Below are positions 33,916-47,365 of a DNA stretch of 64,000 nucleotides, in pieces. The notes below the pieces were generated by a model that was not told where the DNA came from, made no database searches, and worked only from the letters and a program-made list of their open reading frames with translations. This DNA comes from Octopus sinensis. Lineage: Eukaryota. The stretch covers positions 50,716,001-50,780,000 of the forward strand of contig NC_043008.1 of the NCBI RefSeq assembly GCF_006345805.1, in the 5' to 3' direction. How positions within the stretch are numbered: the first letter of the stretch is position 1; each line of letters begins with the position of its first letter. Position numbers and translations under genes: made by a program.

Positions 33916-36900
33916 GTAAGAAAATCTCTCTAACACTTATACCTTTCCCTTATAATCACAATGTATTAAAAAAATATATGTATATTTATTGATATTTAGC
34001 AGAAGCAACGGAGTGAGTCAAAGGCGTATAGTTTCGTGCGTTAGAACTTATCAAACTTATTGCTTCTGGTTATAGAACCTGTGATTGTATGGCACTATAT
34101 TTTCTATATATTGCAAGCGAGATCAGACTAATACCTATTTCTTTATTACCCACAAGGGGCTAAACACAGAGGGGACAAACAAGGACAGACAAACGGATTA
34201 AATCGATTACATCGACCTCAGTGCGTAACTGGTACTTAATATATCGACCCCGAAAGGATGAAAGGCAAAGTCGACCTCGGCGGAATTTGAACTCAGAACG
34301 TACGGCAGACGAAATACGGCTACGCATTTCGCCCGGCGTGCTAACGTTTCTGCCAGCTCGCCGCCTTAGATCAGACTAATGCCATGACTGGCAAACGAGT
34401 GCCCACCGCTGAAGAGATCCAATAAGATCGAAATCACGCGATCTGGTGGTTGCAGGAGTTCTCTCCCGCTTGCAATGAATATCAAGTGCGAAAGCGTACT
34501 GAATAACCAGCTAGTGGAGATATCTTCCTGGGGTTAAAACAGCAGTATCGTCAGTTTTTTGAGAACACACACGTTAAAATGAAGATAATCAATACTCTAT
34601 ATACTCATATTTTGAGTTCTACTTTTCCTGTTTGCACCACCAAACCGATATTTATATTTATAGGCACAGGAGTGGCTGTGTGATAAGTAGCTTGCTTACC
34701 AACTATATGGTTCCGTGTTCAGTCCCACTGCATGGCACCTTGGGCAAATGTCTTCTACTATAGCCTCGGGCCGACCAAAGTCTTGCGAGTGGATTTGGTA
34801 GACGGAAACTGATATAAACTTTGATATAAACTTCCATCAAAAGTTCATGCTAACCCCATTGATACCATCTTGCCTGAGACTTCTCTTGGTTCTACGATAC
34901 AAACTCCTGGTTTTAAAGTGATCCAAACAACTTCCAACAAAATTTCATAGGCACAGGAGTGGCTGTGTGGTAAGTAGCTTGCTTACCAACCACATAGTTC
35001 CGGATTCAGTCCCATTGCGTGGCACCTTGGGCAAGTGTCTTCTATTATAGCCTTGGGCTGACCAAAGCCTTGTGAGTGGATTTGGTAGATGGAAACTGAA
35101 AGAATCCCATCAAGTATATGTATATATATTTATGTGTATGTGACTTTGTGTCTCTGTTCCTCCACCATTGTTTGACAACTGATGTTGGTGTGCTTATGCC
35201 CCTGAAACTCAGCGGTTCGGCAAAAAAGATCGATAGAATAAGTACTAGGCTTACAAAGAATAAGTCTTGGGGTCGATTTGTTTGACTAAAGGCGGTGCCC
35301 CAGCATGGCCGCAGTCAAATGACTGAAACATGTAAAAATGTAAATGTAAAAAATATGCGGCGCATGCGTGGCTATTACTGCAACTCATTAACAGTTGATT
35401 GGACGGAGCAACATGAAGGGAAGTAAATATTTTGCTCAGAAAAATAAAAAAAAACGTGACGCACTGCCCTGCCTAGGAATTGAAATCACGATCTTATGCT
35501 TGTGAGTGCAATCACTATGCCACACGGTTAGGCACAGACGCTTACAAAACCTCACCTGTAACTGATTACCAACAGATGGAGTGGAATTTTATCACTGAGC
35601 AAGCCGCAAAGATTGGACAAAATTGTTTTTGATATTTCATGATTATTAAGAAACAAGAAAAGAGAATTTAAGAGTTTATGCGTTTCATTGACTGTTTCAA
35701 GATTTAAATGTAAAAAATCTTAATCTATTTCCCATCAAGATATGAAATTTCTATATTGGAAGCGGAGAGGGAAGAAATAAACAAAGAACTATCTCTTGCT
35801 GAATGTGAAAGTAACCAACGTTTGGACTTGAAGAATGCTGCGATATTGAAGAATTTATCTAAAACAAAAGGTAAAGAGTAGTTATTTAAATAATCTTAGT
35901 TTGGTCGGTAAAAGAGAGCAATAGAGTACAATAGAGTATGATAAAGTACTGTTCATTTGCAGGCCTGTTTTAGTAATTTATTGTCTTCACTGGGTGAAGC
36001 AATATATTAGGCCTCTTAAATACCTCTTTATTGGTGGGCTACCCTCAGGCCCCCGGGATCCGAACGATTTCTGGGTAAGCGCTATATGCAACCGGTCCTT
36101 AAGATGGCACTGTTTATATTTGTGTCAAACACTGCTATGGCTACAGTTCCGTACTGGCCTCGAAAATCAAATAAAGAAGGTTATTAAGGACAGACAAAGG
36201 GATTAAGTCGATTACATCGACCCCAGTGCGTAACTGGTACTTAATTTATCTACCCCGAAAGCATGAAGGGCAAAGTCGACCTCAGCGGACTTTGAACTCT
36301 GAACGTAGCGGCAGACGAAATACCGCTAAGCATTTCGCCCGGCGTGCTAACCATTCTGCCAACTCACCACCTTAGTATCTTTCATGAGTATCTTTCTTGG
36401 TCTCTGCCTGTCTGCCTATCTCTGTCTTTGTCTGTCTCTGTCTCTCTCTTTCTTCTTTGAATACTTACTTTGTTCTATCTTTCTTGTGGCTATCACCTTC
36501 AGTCTGTCTATCTGCCCCATGTCTGCCTTCCTAAATCACTCTCTCATATCTCCTTCCTTGGTCTATGTCTTCCACGCTATCGCATTGCGTCTATTTCGTC
36601 TAAGGCTATATTATCACGGATTATCTCTTACCGATAATATTTTTAGATATATTATCATGGACTACTTCTTATAAATAAGATCCATGAATATACCAATGTG
36701 TATTTTCTCTGACATTAATTCATGTGTGTTTTTCTGTTACAGATAATATCGATTTAGATATCCAGAAAGTAAGGGAGATAATCAACGACTTGGACCAGCA
36801 GTTAACCGACTGGATGCGGAAGCAGAAGGAATGGAATCAGATTTATGGCAGCTTTGGTAAGAACTTAAAATATAGCGTTGCCGTGGAGAAAACCATCAGA

Positions 36901-37621
36901 GTGATGGAGAATCGGCTGGATCATGTAAGTGAATGCAATTAATTTACTGGTAATATGTTTTTTTTTAACTGAATAACAGGCAGTATTTTTCAGAGGAAAG
37001 ACAGAGTTGTACTCTATTCGAAAAGACAGATTATATCACTGGTATATATTTTATCGATCCAGAGTAAAGTTGATTGTAAGCAGAGGTTTTTTATCCGAAA
37101 ACAAGACAGGCCACATTTAATGACATTATCCGTTGGTACATTAATATATATATATATATCACGTGATCACGTGACCGACCAGTCCATCAGATGTAGTTAC
37201 ACATCGCTGGTCACAATGCGTTCGCATTGTTTTAGCCTTCGAATGACGCCACCCCGCTGGCTAAGCGAGCAGGCCAATATATATATATATATATATTATA
37301 TATATAGATATATATTATATATATATATATATATATATTAATAATGGTATTTTTATATAAGCTTATAGCTTATGGTGATCACCGAGCAATGACTAAGGAA
37401 AATAGTCTAATAAAGGGACAGAAAAAAGAAGGCTTTCCTTCCACGCGGATAGGAAAGCCTTCCTTTTTTCTGTCGAGAGCTAATATGCCCCTTTATTAGA
37501 CTATTATCCTTAGTCATTGCACGGTAATCGGCATAAGATTTAAGCTTATATAAAAATACTATTATTATTATTTACAGGATTGTAAAAACGGCGCCGTATA
37601 GAAAACCATTCGCACCTATAT

Positions 37622-37696
<75 letters not shown>

Positions 37697-39118
37697 ATAT
37701 ATGTCATGTTTCAAAATGGTAATGGTTTGATTTGGAAAATATCATAGAAGATTTACTTTGAATTATTTACCACAAAACTGGCCTTTGAGTACTCTGGGTC
37801 ATAAGGTCGAAGGTCATGAAGGTTACCCTTACTAGGCAGTGAATTGACAGAATCGTTAGAACGTTGTATAAAATGCCTTGTGGTATTTGTTTTGACTCTC
37901 AGTGTTCCCGCCGGGGTGAGCTTTTATTTTCATCATTTTGAGGTCGGAAAAGAAAAAAAGAAAAATACCAGTCTTGGTGGGGTGGAATGGCCGAACTGGT
38001 AAAGTCTGAGCAAGGGTAAGATGCCTGGTAGTATCCATTCGAGGTCTTTGGGTTATGATAATTCTCTCTATGATCAAAGACATTCTTCTATCTGTGAACA
38101 GCGTCCCTTAATTTCAGACAATGGATACCGTATTATCCAATGCAGTACCCATTTTTTTTAAAGGTGGCAGAGTATGAAACAATGTTGATGAGTGTGTAGT
38201 GGGGGTGATTCCACTGCTGTTTTTCGATGATCGAGCGACCATTCAAAGTAGTAGTCCCCAATCTCTTTTACATTACGAACCGGTTTCACTCAAGTTAATT
38301 TTTTCATACACCATGTGATCACAAGCAAAACAAAAACATGATAAAGTGCATAATATATTTTTTAAATTTCGTTTTTGGATTTGGTTTGCAAGATTCTTTA
38401 TATGAGTTCGTTTGTTGAAGTATATTCTGTTGTGTCTGGAGAGAGTCATTTTCTTTTTGTGCCTTATAATATAACACAATCACCGCGAAAATTTTAGGAA
38501 AATAAAACTAAATAAGTGGAAATTTTACAGGTAAGTGTGTTATATTATAAGGCACAAAAAGAAAATGACTCTCCCCAGACACAACAGAATATAATTTAAT
38601 TATTACGTATATAATACAAATGTATTTCATATGTAATGAATATACAATACAAAAACACTCTGCAGTCTGCGTTAGTCAGAAAAATAGATATAACATTTTA
38701 GGATGTATTCTTTCTCTGCGGTTTGACACTGGTTTGTAGTCCGGTAGTTGTGGAACCCAAATGTAAACGACTCCCTAATTATTGACATTGAATAATTTGT
38801 TGTATTGCAGACATGTAAAAAATTCAATCATTATTTGACTGAAAACCGCCACCTGCGCCAAAAAATCGATTCTTTGAAAGCCGAAAAGGAGAAGTTTGAT
38901 GTGATCCATCAAAAACTCGAGAAAGAGTACCACCACATTCGCCAGAATATTATTCATCTTGTAGAGAAATCAACACAAGCCTACAGTTACAGGTAAAGTT
39001 ACTCTGTTGGGCAGACGGCTTTGGTCTTTTACTTGTTTCACTCATTGGACTTCTCACGGACACAACGTGAGGATCGTGAGCCGAATGCTCTAACCACTAA
39101 GCTACACACACACGCACA

Positions 39119-39162
<44 letters not shown>

Positions 39163-39288
39163 CCACACACATACAGACACACATACACACACACACACGC
39201 ATACACACACACACACACACAAACACGCACATACACACACACACACAGACACACGCACACACACACAGACACACAGACAAACATACAG

Positions 39289-39321
<33 letters not shown>

Positions 39322-39452
39322 CACACAGACACACAGACAAACATACAGACACACACACACACACAAACACACACAAACACACACACAAACACACACACAC
39401 ACATACACACAGACACACGCACACACACACAGACACACAGACAAACATACAG

Positions 39453-39508
<56 letters not shown>

Positions 39509-41054
39509 ACGCACACACACACAGACACACAGACAAACATACAGACACACACACACACAAACACACACACAAACACACACACACACACACACAGACACAC
39601 GCACACACACACAGACACACAGACAAACATACAGACACACACACACATACACACACACACACAAACACACAACACACACACACACATGCGTATATGTATA
39701 TTATTTTATTCTGTTATTCTTTTAATTGTTTCAGTCATTTCGACTGCAGCCATGCTGGAGCACTACATTTAGTCGAACAAATCGCCCCCCCCCCAGGACT
39801 TATTCTTTGCATGCCAAGCTTAGTACTTATTCTATTGGACTCTTTTGCCGAACCGCTAATGTTACGGGGACGTAAATACACCAACATCGGTTGTCAAGTG
39901 ATGGTGGGGGACAAACACGGGGACACACACACACACACGCACACACACACATACGACGAGCTTCTTTCAGTTTCCGTCTACCAAATCCACTCACAAGGCT
40001 TTGGTCGGCCCCCGAGGCTATAGTAGAAGACACTTGCCCAAAGTGCTACGCAGTGGGATTGAACCCGGAACCATGTGGTTGGTAAGCAAGCTACTTATCA
40101 CACAGCCACTTCTGCACCTGTATATATACATACATACATACATACATACATACATACATACATACATACAAATATAAGTATATGTATATATATAAATATA
40201 TCTTACTGCTTGTCTAATTACTAATTTTGTTTCTGCAAAACATCAGGGAAGATGCGCAGAACCGAATGGTTGTTATTGGAGAAAAGTCTGAGAAAGACAT
40301 CGCACAGCACCATGCTGACATGAAGGAATTGGTACGCATCATTGACCATGATCGAAAGTTGCGAGATTTTATGAATCTGAAATCCAGAGAACGACAAGAA
40401 GATTCGGGAACTCTTGCATGGCGACAGAAAAGAGGTAAGAACTTATGCTTCATTCAACATCATCATCATCACCACCACCACCACCACCATCATCATCATT
40501 ATCTTCATCATCATCATCATCATCATCATCGTCATCGTCATCTTCATCGTTGTTGTTGTTGTTGTTGTTGTTGTTATTATTATTTTGGTTTGGTTCAGGT
40601 TCGGTCTTATTCCTGGCAGGATTTATGTGGGTAGCGGGTAACCTTAGGTATCCACAAGTTTTCAGCTGACTTTCAAGTGTTTAAAACCCTCCTGATAATC
40701 TTTGCTGCCCCTAAGGGACAAAATACATGCATACATATTGAGAAATCGACAGTTACTCTATCCAGATTACAACTTCAGGTTTATACCTGTAATTATTGGG
40801 ACCCCGGGATATGTATCACACTGCCTAAATACCAATCTTGAGAAATTAGGCTTCTCAAAACCAGAAAAGAGAAAGCTATTTTGAAGACTACAAATCCAAA
40901 CCGTCACTGGAACTGTAGAAAGCTGTAAAACTTTCCAGAAGTTTATCATTTAAATATACACGAGCATGTCTAGATATGCAACTATATGCATGAGAATGTA
41001 TACATAAAGCAAAACATACACATCTGCACAAATGCATACACACACACACACACA

Positions 41055-41085
<31 letters not shown>

Positions 41086-42228
41086 CACATCGGCTCAGCA
41101 AATAGAGACTCGGACATTGCTTAGAAAATATTTTTCATTTTTAACTTCGTATATAGTACGCACTAGGGATTTTGACATTTAAATTTTGGGAAACAAATGC
41201 GGATTATACTCGAGGATTTACGGTATATTTCACTACAAAGCTGGCTTGTTTGAGTTTTTTGCTCCATGATTTGCAGAAATGTTTGTGTTTTTTTTGCTTT
41301 TAATGAGCATTATTTGGTTGGCATCGTGTGATTGCAAGGGAAAGCGAACCCAAACAGTGTTCTAAAGGTTAGATTAAATTCTGTTTTATCGTAAAATTAA
41401 TTAAATGAAATTAGTTTGTCTTTCAGAATAGGTTTATGCTAGACAAACATGTAAAGAAATAGAATAAATTCATTTCCTGACAAGCGTGGTGATATTCAAC
41501 GATGTGGAGAGAGTGGACGAAAAAGAAGTTCGTTTTTCACCAAAGTACAAATATGCAACAACAACAACAACAACAACAACATCAACAATATTGATAACAA
41601 TAATAGTAGCAACAACAAGAAAAATAATTGTGTGTGTGTGTATGTGTGTGTGTTACTGTCTTCCTACCATGTCATCGCGTAACAGTAGTAAATGAATGTC
41701 ACCGTCATACAAGCAGAGACCTTCGTTTCCAATCTTCCGTGAAAACATGTCTGGTTATGGGGGAAATATTACTTTGCTTGGAAACAAGATGATGATGATG
41801 ATGCTGATGATGATGATGTTTCTAATTTAGGCACAAAACCAGCGACCTTTTTTGAGAAATGGGTTAAAATGGGTTTAATCGATTACTGCAGTTCCACAAA
41901 ACAAAAAAAAAAGGGTTAAAAAGTATTAAATGCTAAAAGAGTGTATCCATCCATCCACCCATCCATACATACATACATGCACATACATGCATACCTACAT
42001 ATACACATACGTACACACACACATATATAATGTAATATATTTATACACACACACACATACGCATATATAAAATAGCTATATGGCTGTCTATCTATGTACA
42101 ACTGATACGACAGGCTTCTGTACAGTTTCCATTTATTAAACCTCCCTCACAAAGCATTGGCTGAACCCAAAAGCGAGAGGTTGGGAAGCAAATTGAAATT
42201 TATTAACCACACGGCACCGATGTTTTAC

Positions 42229-42280
<52 letters not shown>

Positions 42281-43168
42281 TACATACACAAAGAAAGAGA
42301 GACAAGCAGAGAGACAGAAAGACAGAATGACAGAGACAGACAGACAGGCAGACAGAAGGAGAGAGTGAGAGAGATGAGGAAGGAGAGAGTGAGAGAGAGA
42401 GAGAGACAAGCAGAGAGACAGAAAGAGAGAATGACAGAGACAGACAGACAGGCAGACAGTAGGAGAGAGAGTGAGAGCGATCATTGATCAATTTAAGTCT
42501 TTCTCTTCTTCAAATTAATCTCTTGGTGCCTGCCTCCTTCGGTATTTCTACATTTTGTTGCCATGTTTGTATTATAGAGGTTTTGGAAGCTGAAAGGAAA
42601 AAGGAGAGCCAAGAAGACTCTGTGGAGAGATACGAAGCTGCTGTGGCAAGAATCAAAGCGATGACAGGCGAAGACAATTTGGATCTGGACGTACCAAAGT
42701 TCATTGAAGTGGAAGACAAAAACTTCGCCCTCTTCAATTATGTTAATGAGATGAACAGTGAAATCGAGTTGCTTAATGACCAGACGAAAGAGGTTTGTAC
42801 GCATGTTTGTTAAATGTCCATCCGTCCATCCATCCATCCATCCATCCGCCCGCCCGTCCGTCCGTCCGTCCATCTATCTATCCATCCATCCATCCATCCA
42901 TCCGTCCGTCCGTCCGTCCGTCCGTCCGTCCGTCCGTCCGTCCATCCATCCATCCGTCCATCCATCCATCCGTCCGTCCATCCATCCATCCGTCCATCCA
43001 TCCATCCATCCATCCATCCGTCCGTCCGTCCGTCCGTCCGTCCGTCCGTCCGTCCGTCCATCCATCCATCCGTCCATCCATCCATCCGTCCATCCATCCA
43101 TCCGTTCATCCATCCATCCATCCATCCATCCGTCCGTCCGTCCGCCCGTCCGTCCGTCCGTCCGTCCG

Positions 43169-43201
<33 letters not shown>

Positions 43202-45344
43202 CTTTGCCGCCAACTATTTCTGTGAGGGTCGTGGGGGAAGGGACCTCAGGCATCTTCACCATTGGGTCGAGCGCATATTGTCACCTCTCTTTTTCATAAT
43301 TTTTTTAATGAACAGGATTGACATGTGCAGCCGTTGTCGAAATGATATAACCATCAATCGATCGATCGATCCATCCGTCTGTCCGTCCATCGATCGATCG
43401 ATCCATCCATCCAGCTATCCATCCATCCGTTTATCTATTTATTTTCATCCTCTCAGGTGCAATAAAATACATCAATCGATGGCGGTAGATTGCCTGGGTT
43501 GTTAGAGGATCGGATAAAATGCCTTACAGTATATGTAACAATTCTTTGCGTTCTGCTGGCAATGCCTGTGACGTCACTGGTGCTAACCTTTATCGGTATT
43601 TAAGTAAATTATCTCTGTTGGGTAACATTGGTGGCAGAGAGGAGAGGACTTTTGCCGATACGAGCAACCGCTAGGCTTCCTAAAGAAAATACTGTTACCC
43701 AGGGCCTATGCATTTAACTGCACATAAATGATGAGCCTTGACTGACGGTGGCTCAAGAATAGAACTTTCAACGTGAAATTACGCCCTACGTATCATGGAA
43801 TGAGTTTAGAATTGATCAATTTCGTCATTTTTACAACTCACCAAGAGTTCATTACAATCTCAAAAAGAAGACAGCTGAAGAATCTAGTAGAAAGATAAAT
43901 ATTAAAATTCATTATGGCATAAAATGTTTAATTCATTGCTTCTTTCTGATTGTGACACCAGCCAGCAGTTTTGAGGGAAAAGTTGGCCCCGGTCTGATTT
44001 GAGCTCAGAACGTAAAGAATCGGCAGAAATGCTGCTAAGCACTTTCTGTGATGAGCTAACGATCCTGTCTTATGGTTTCAAATTTTGGCACAAGCAATTT
44101 TAGATGAAGTATGCTAGTCAATTACATCGGCTCCAGTACCCGACTGGCACTTTATTTTATCGACCCTGAAAGGATGAAAAGTAAAATTGACAGTGGCAGG
44201 ACTTGAGCTCAGAATGTAAAGAATAGAAAAAATGCCTCTAAGCATTTTTCTTGGATGCGCTAATGATTCTAAGAGCTTGCCGCCTTTGAGTAAAATTCTT
44301 AATGAAAACATACATTGTAGTTTGTTATCTAAAATAAGTAAGAAGATTTCTGATCAGCCTCTTTGTTTCATAACAGGATGGACCATGAATTGTAAAGCCT
44401 TGGAAGCACTCCGTCGGTTACGACGACGAGGGTTCCGGTTGATCCGATCAACGGAACAGCCTGCTCGTGAAATTAACGTGTAAGTGGCTGAGCACTCCAC
44501 AGACACGTGTACCCTTAACGTAGTTCTCGGGGATATTCAGCGTGACACAGAGAGTGACAAGGCCGGCCCCTTGAAATACAGGTACAACAGAAACAGGAAG
44601 TAAGAGTGAGAGAAAGTGGTGAAAGAGTACAGCAGGGATCACCACCATCCTCTGCCGGAGCCTTGTGGAGCTTTAGATGTTTTCGCTCAATAAACACTCA
44701 CAACGCCCGGTCTGGGAATCGAAACCGCGATCCTACGACCGCGAGTCCGCTGCCCTAACCACTGGGCCATTGCGCCTCCACTGAATTGTAAAGCTGTTAA
44801 CTACTGAATCAAGACATTTATTTCTGTATTAGTCACAATTTGAATGAAACAAAAATCATTGAATATTAAAAATTTCGTTTGAAAATTATGAGCAACCTTG
44901 TTTTAACAGATCCAAAAAGACATCGAGAATTTCCAGCATGAAGGTGCTCAGCTTGACTTCGAGCGGAAGAAGATTTTAAATGAACTGGAATCGCTGAGGC
45001 TGGAAGTGTCCAAAGATATATCAATCAAAGAAGAATCGGTCAAAGAAATTTCAAAGATATTCGATCAAATTAAAACTGGTAAGATTTTCTTTGAATGAGT
45101 CACTCTCATTCTTCTGCGAAATAATTATAAAAGAAATATCTATTCTTATGTTTTGAGTTCTAAATCGTTGGCAATTTTTTCCCTCCGTCTTTTTTTTTTC
45201 GCTTTGCCTTTCCTTTGTTTCCGGTTTCTAAAGAAGAGCGTTTGCTCGAAACGTTAAACCACCTTTCTTTCCTTCCCTGAGCGTCTGCTAATACTTTGCA
45301 TGTACCACGTCCTCGCGTTGTTTTTGTTCTTGCGTTTGTTCTTC

Positions 45345-45380
<36 letters not shown>

Positions 45381-46207
45381 CGGGAAGGTTTACGAAAATA
45401 AACAAAAGACGAAGGCAGGTGGAGTACAAACAAACAAATGTATTAGTTTGGCGCTCAGGAATATAAATAAAACAAGTCTTTTACGTTTCGAGCCTACGCT
45501 CTTCGACAGAAAGATACACAGAAAAGAAACAAGGAGAGAAACACGGAGAGAAAAAACATGCGTGCAGGAGCTAACGATTCAACATAGGATAATTCTTTAA
45601 CACTCAAATCCTAAATCTCTCCCTCCTTCTCTTTCTCTCTTCCACTCACACAGTCTCTCTAACTACACCCCTCTCTCTTATACTCTTGATCTCATGTCTC
45701 TCTGTTTCAGCCATCAAGTCCATCTTCACGGTTACCCAGTGTGACCCGGCTCCCATTGACGATCTTCTGGGTCTGTCAGCCGGCATCAATCAAACGAATA
45801 TGATACAGTACTTGGGAGTGATAGAACAGCGAGTCAACGAGTTGTTGCTTATTCAAATGTATCTCTCTAGCAAGGTATGTGTAGAACAACGCCAAACACA
45901 TCACGCTGGTTAGGAAGTAAAGTTCGTATCAGCTTTCAGTTGGTGGCCGTTTAAATACGGGACAGAGGCACACACACACACACACGAGCGCCAGCATACG
46001 CACACACAAAGCCACCATCGTCATACATCGTCATTTAGTGTTTCTTTTTATGCTGTCACGGGTTGAACAGTTTGACATGAACTGATGAGCCTAGAAAGCT
46101 CCAATGAGCGTAGCTGCTCTTCAGAACCCCTCCAACCACTTCACAGTGTTCAAATATAAATTAGAAGTAGCTCGAGGTCCTCCTCCTCCTCCTCCTCCTC
46201 CTCCACC

Positions 46208-46247
<40 letters not shown>

Positions 46248-46841
46248 CGTCATCATCCTCATCCTCATCCTCATCATGATCCTCCTCCTCATCCTCCTCA
46301 TCATCATCATCTTCGTCGTCCCCATTTCTTTACTGCCCACAAGGGCTAAACACATAGAGGGGACAAACAAGGACAGACAAACGAATTAAGTCGATTACAT
46401 CGACCCCAGTGCGCAACTGGTACTTAATTTATCGACCTCGAAAGGATGAAAGGCAAAGTCGATCTCGGCGGAATTTGAACTCAGAACGTAGCGGCAGACG
46501 AAATACCGCTAAGCATTTCGCCCGGCGCGCTAACCACTCTGCCAGCTCGCCGCCTTATAATTCCCACCACCACCACCACCATGTGAGTTCGATTTTGTTT
46601 ATAACTTCACAGAGTGCACCGGGTGCTTTTCGTGGCACCACCGCTGGTGTGAGGTCTCCGAGCACTCGTAAGACAAGATCCTTCAAGTGAGTGGGTTTTG
46701 TATAGAAGGATATATGAAAGTATGACAGGGAGGGACAAAAGCAGGCTCAAGTGTCTCGCTGAAAAAGTGAATACGTGGTTTCTTCATTTGGAAATAGAGA
46801 GAAGGAAATAAATTAATACATAAAGAGAGGGAGAGAGAGTG

Positions 46842-46905
<64 letters not shown>

Positions 46906-47326
46906 GATCAAGGTATAAGGTAAAGTGAATGTGAGAGAAGGTGAGAGGAACACAGAGAATTGGTGGAAACCAAGGGAAAACAATGGATGAGAAGCAATAC
47001 ACCTTCCTGTGAGAGACAGATATTAGGGGGTTTGTGGGAATCAGGGTTCATTCGATTCTCAGAAGTCTTGGACTAGCAACTATAGCCCTCTCCCTGAAAA
47101 TTTCAGGCATTGGGCCTATAGTAGAAACAAAAAAAAATTATTGTTATTATCATCGTTATTGAGAGAGTAGCACGTGCCATCAAAGTGACACAGGGGGTAC
47201 AAATATACCCATCGTCGTCGTCATCGTCATCGTCACCATCACCATCATCCTCATCGTCATCATCATCGTCATCATCATCGTCATCATCATCGTCATCATC
47301 ATCATCGTCATCGTCATCATCCTCAC

Positions 47327-47365
<39 letters not shown>

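Noticed and set aside
39021-39725. His/Thr- and Cys/Val-rich ORFs
   Set aside because: (CA)n repeat artefacts. The same applies to the ORFs at 42758-43505, 51216-51914, 6677-7103 and 57581-57958.
41195-41226. One end resembling a Tc1/pogo-type TIR (…GAGGATTTACGGTA)
   Set aside because: No matching second end or TSD was found.
46082-46115. CTGATGA...GAAA hammerhead-like string
   Set aside because: There is no stem II or stem I and stem III is out of register. It lies in a decayed RTE-tail repeat and is probably chance.
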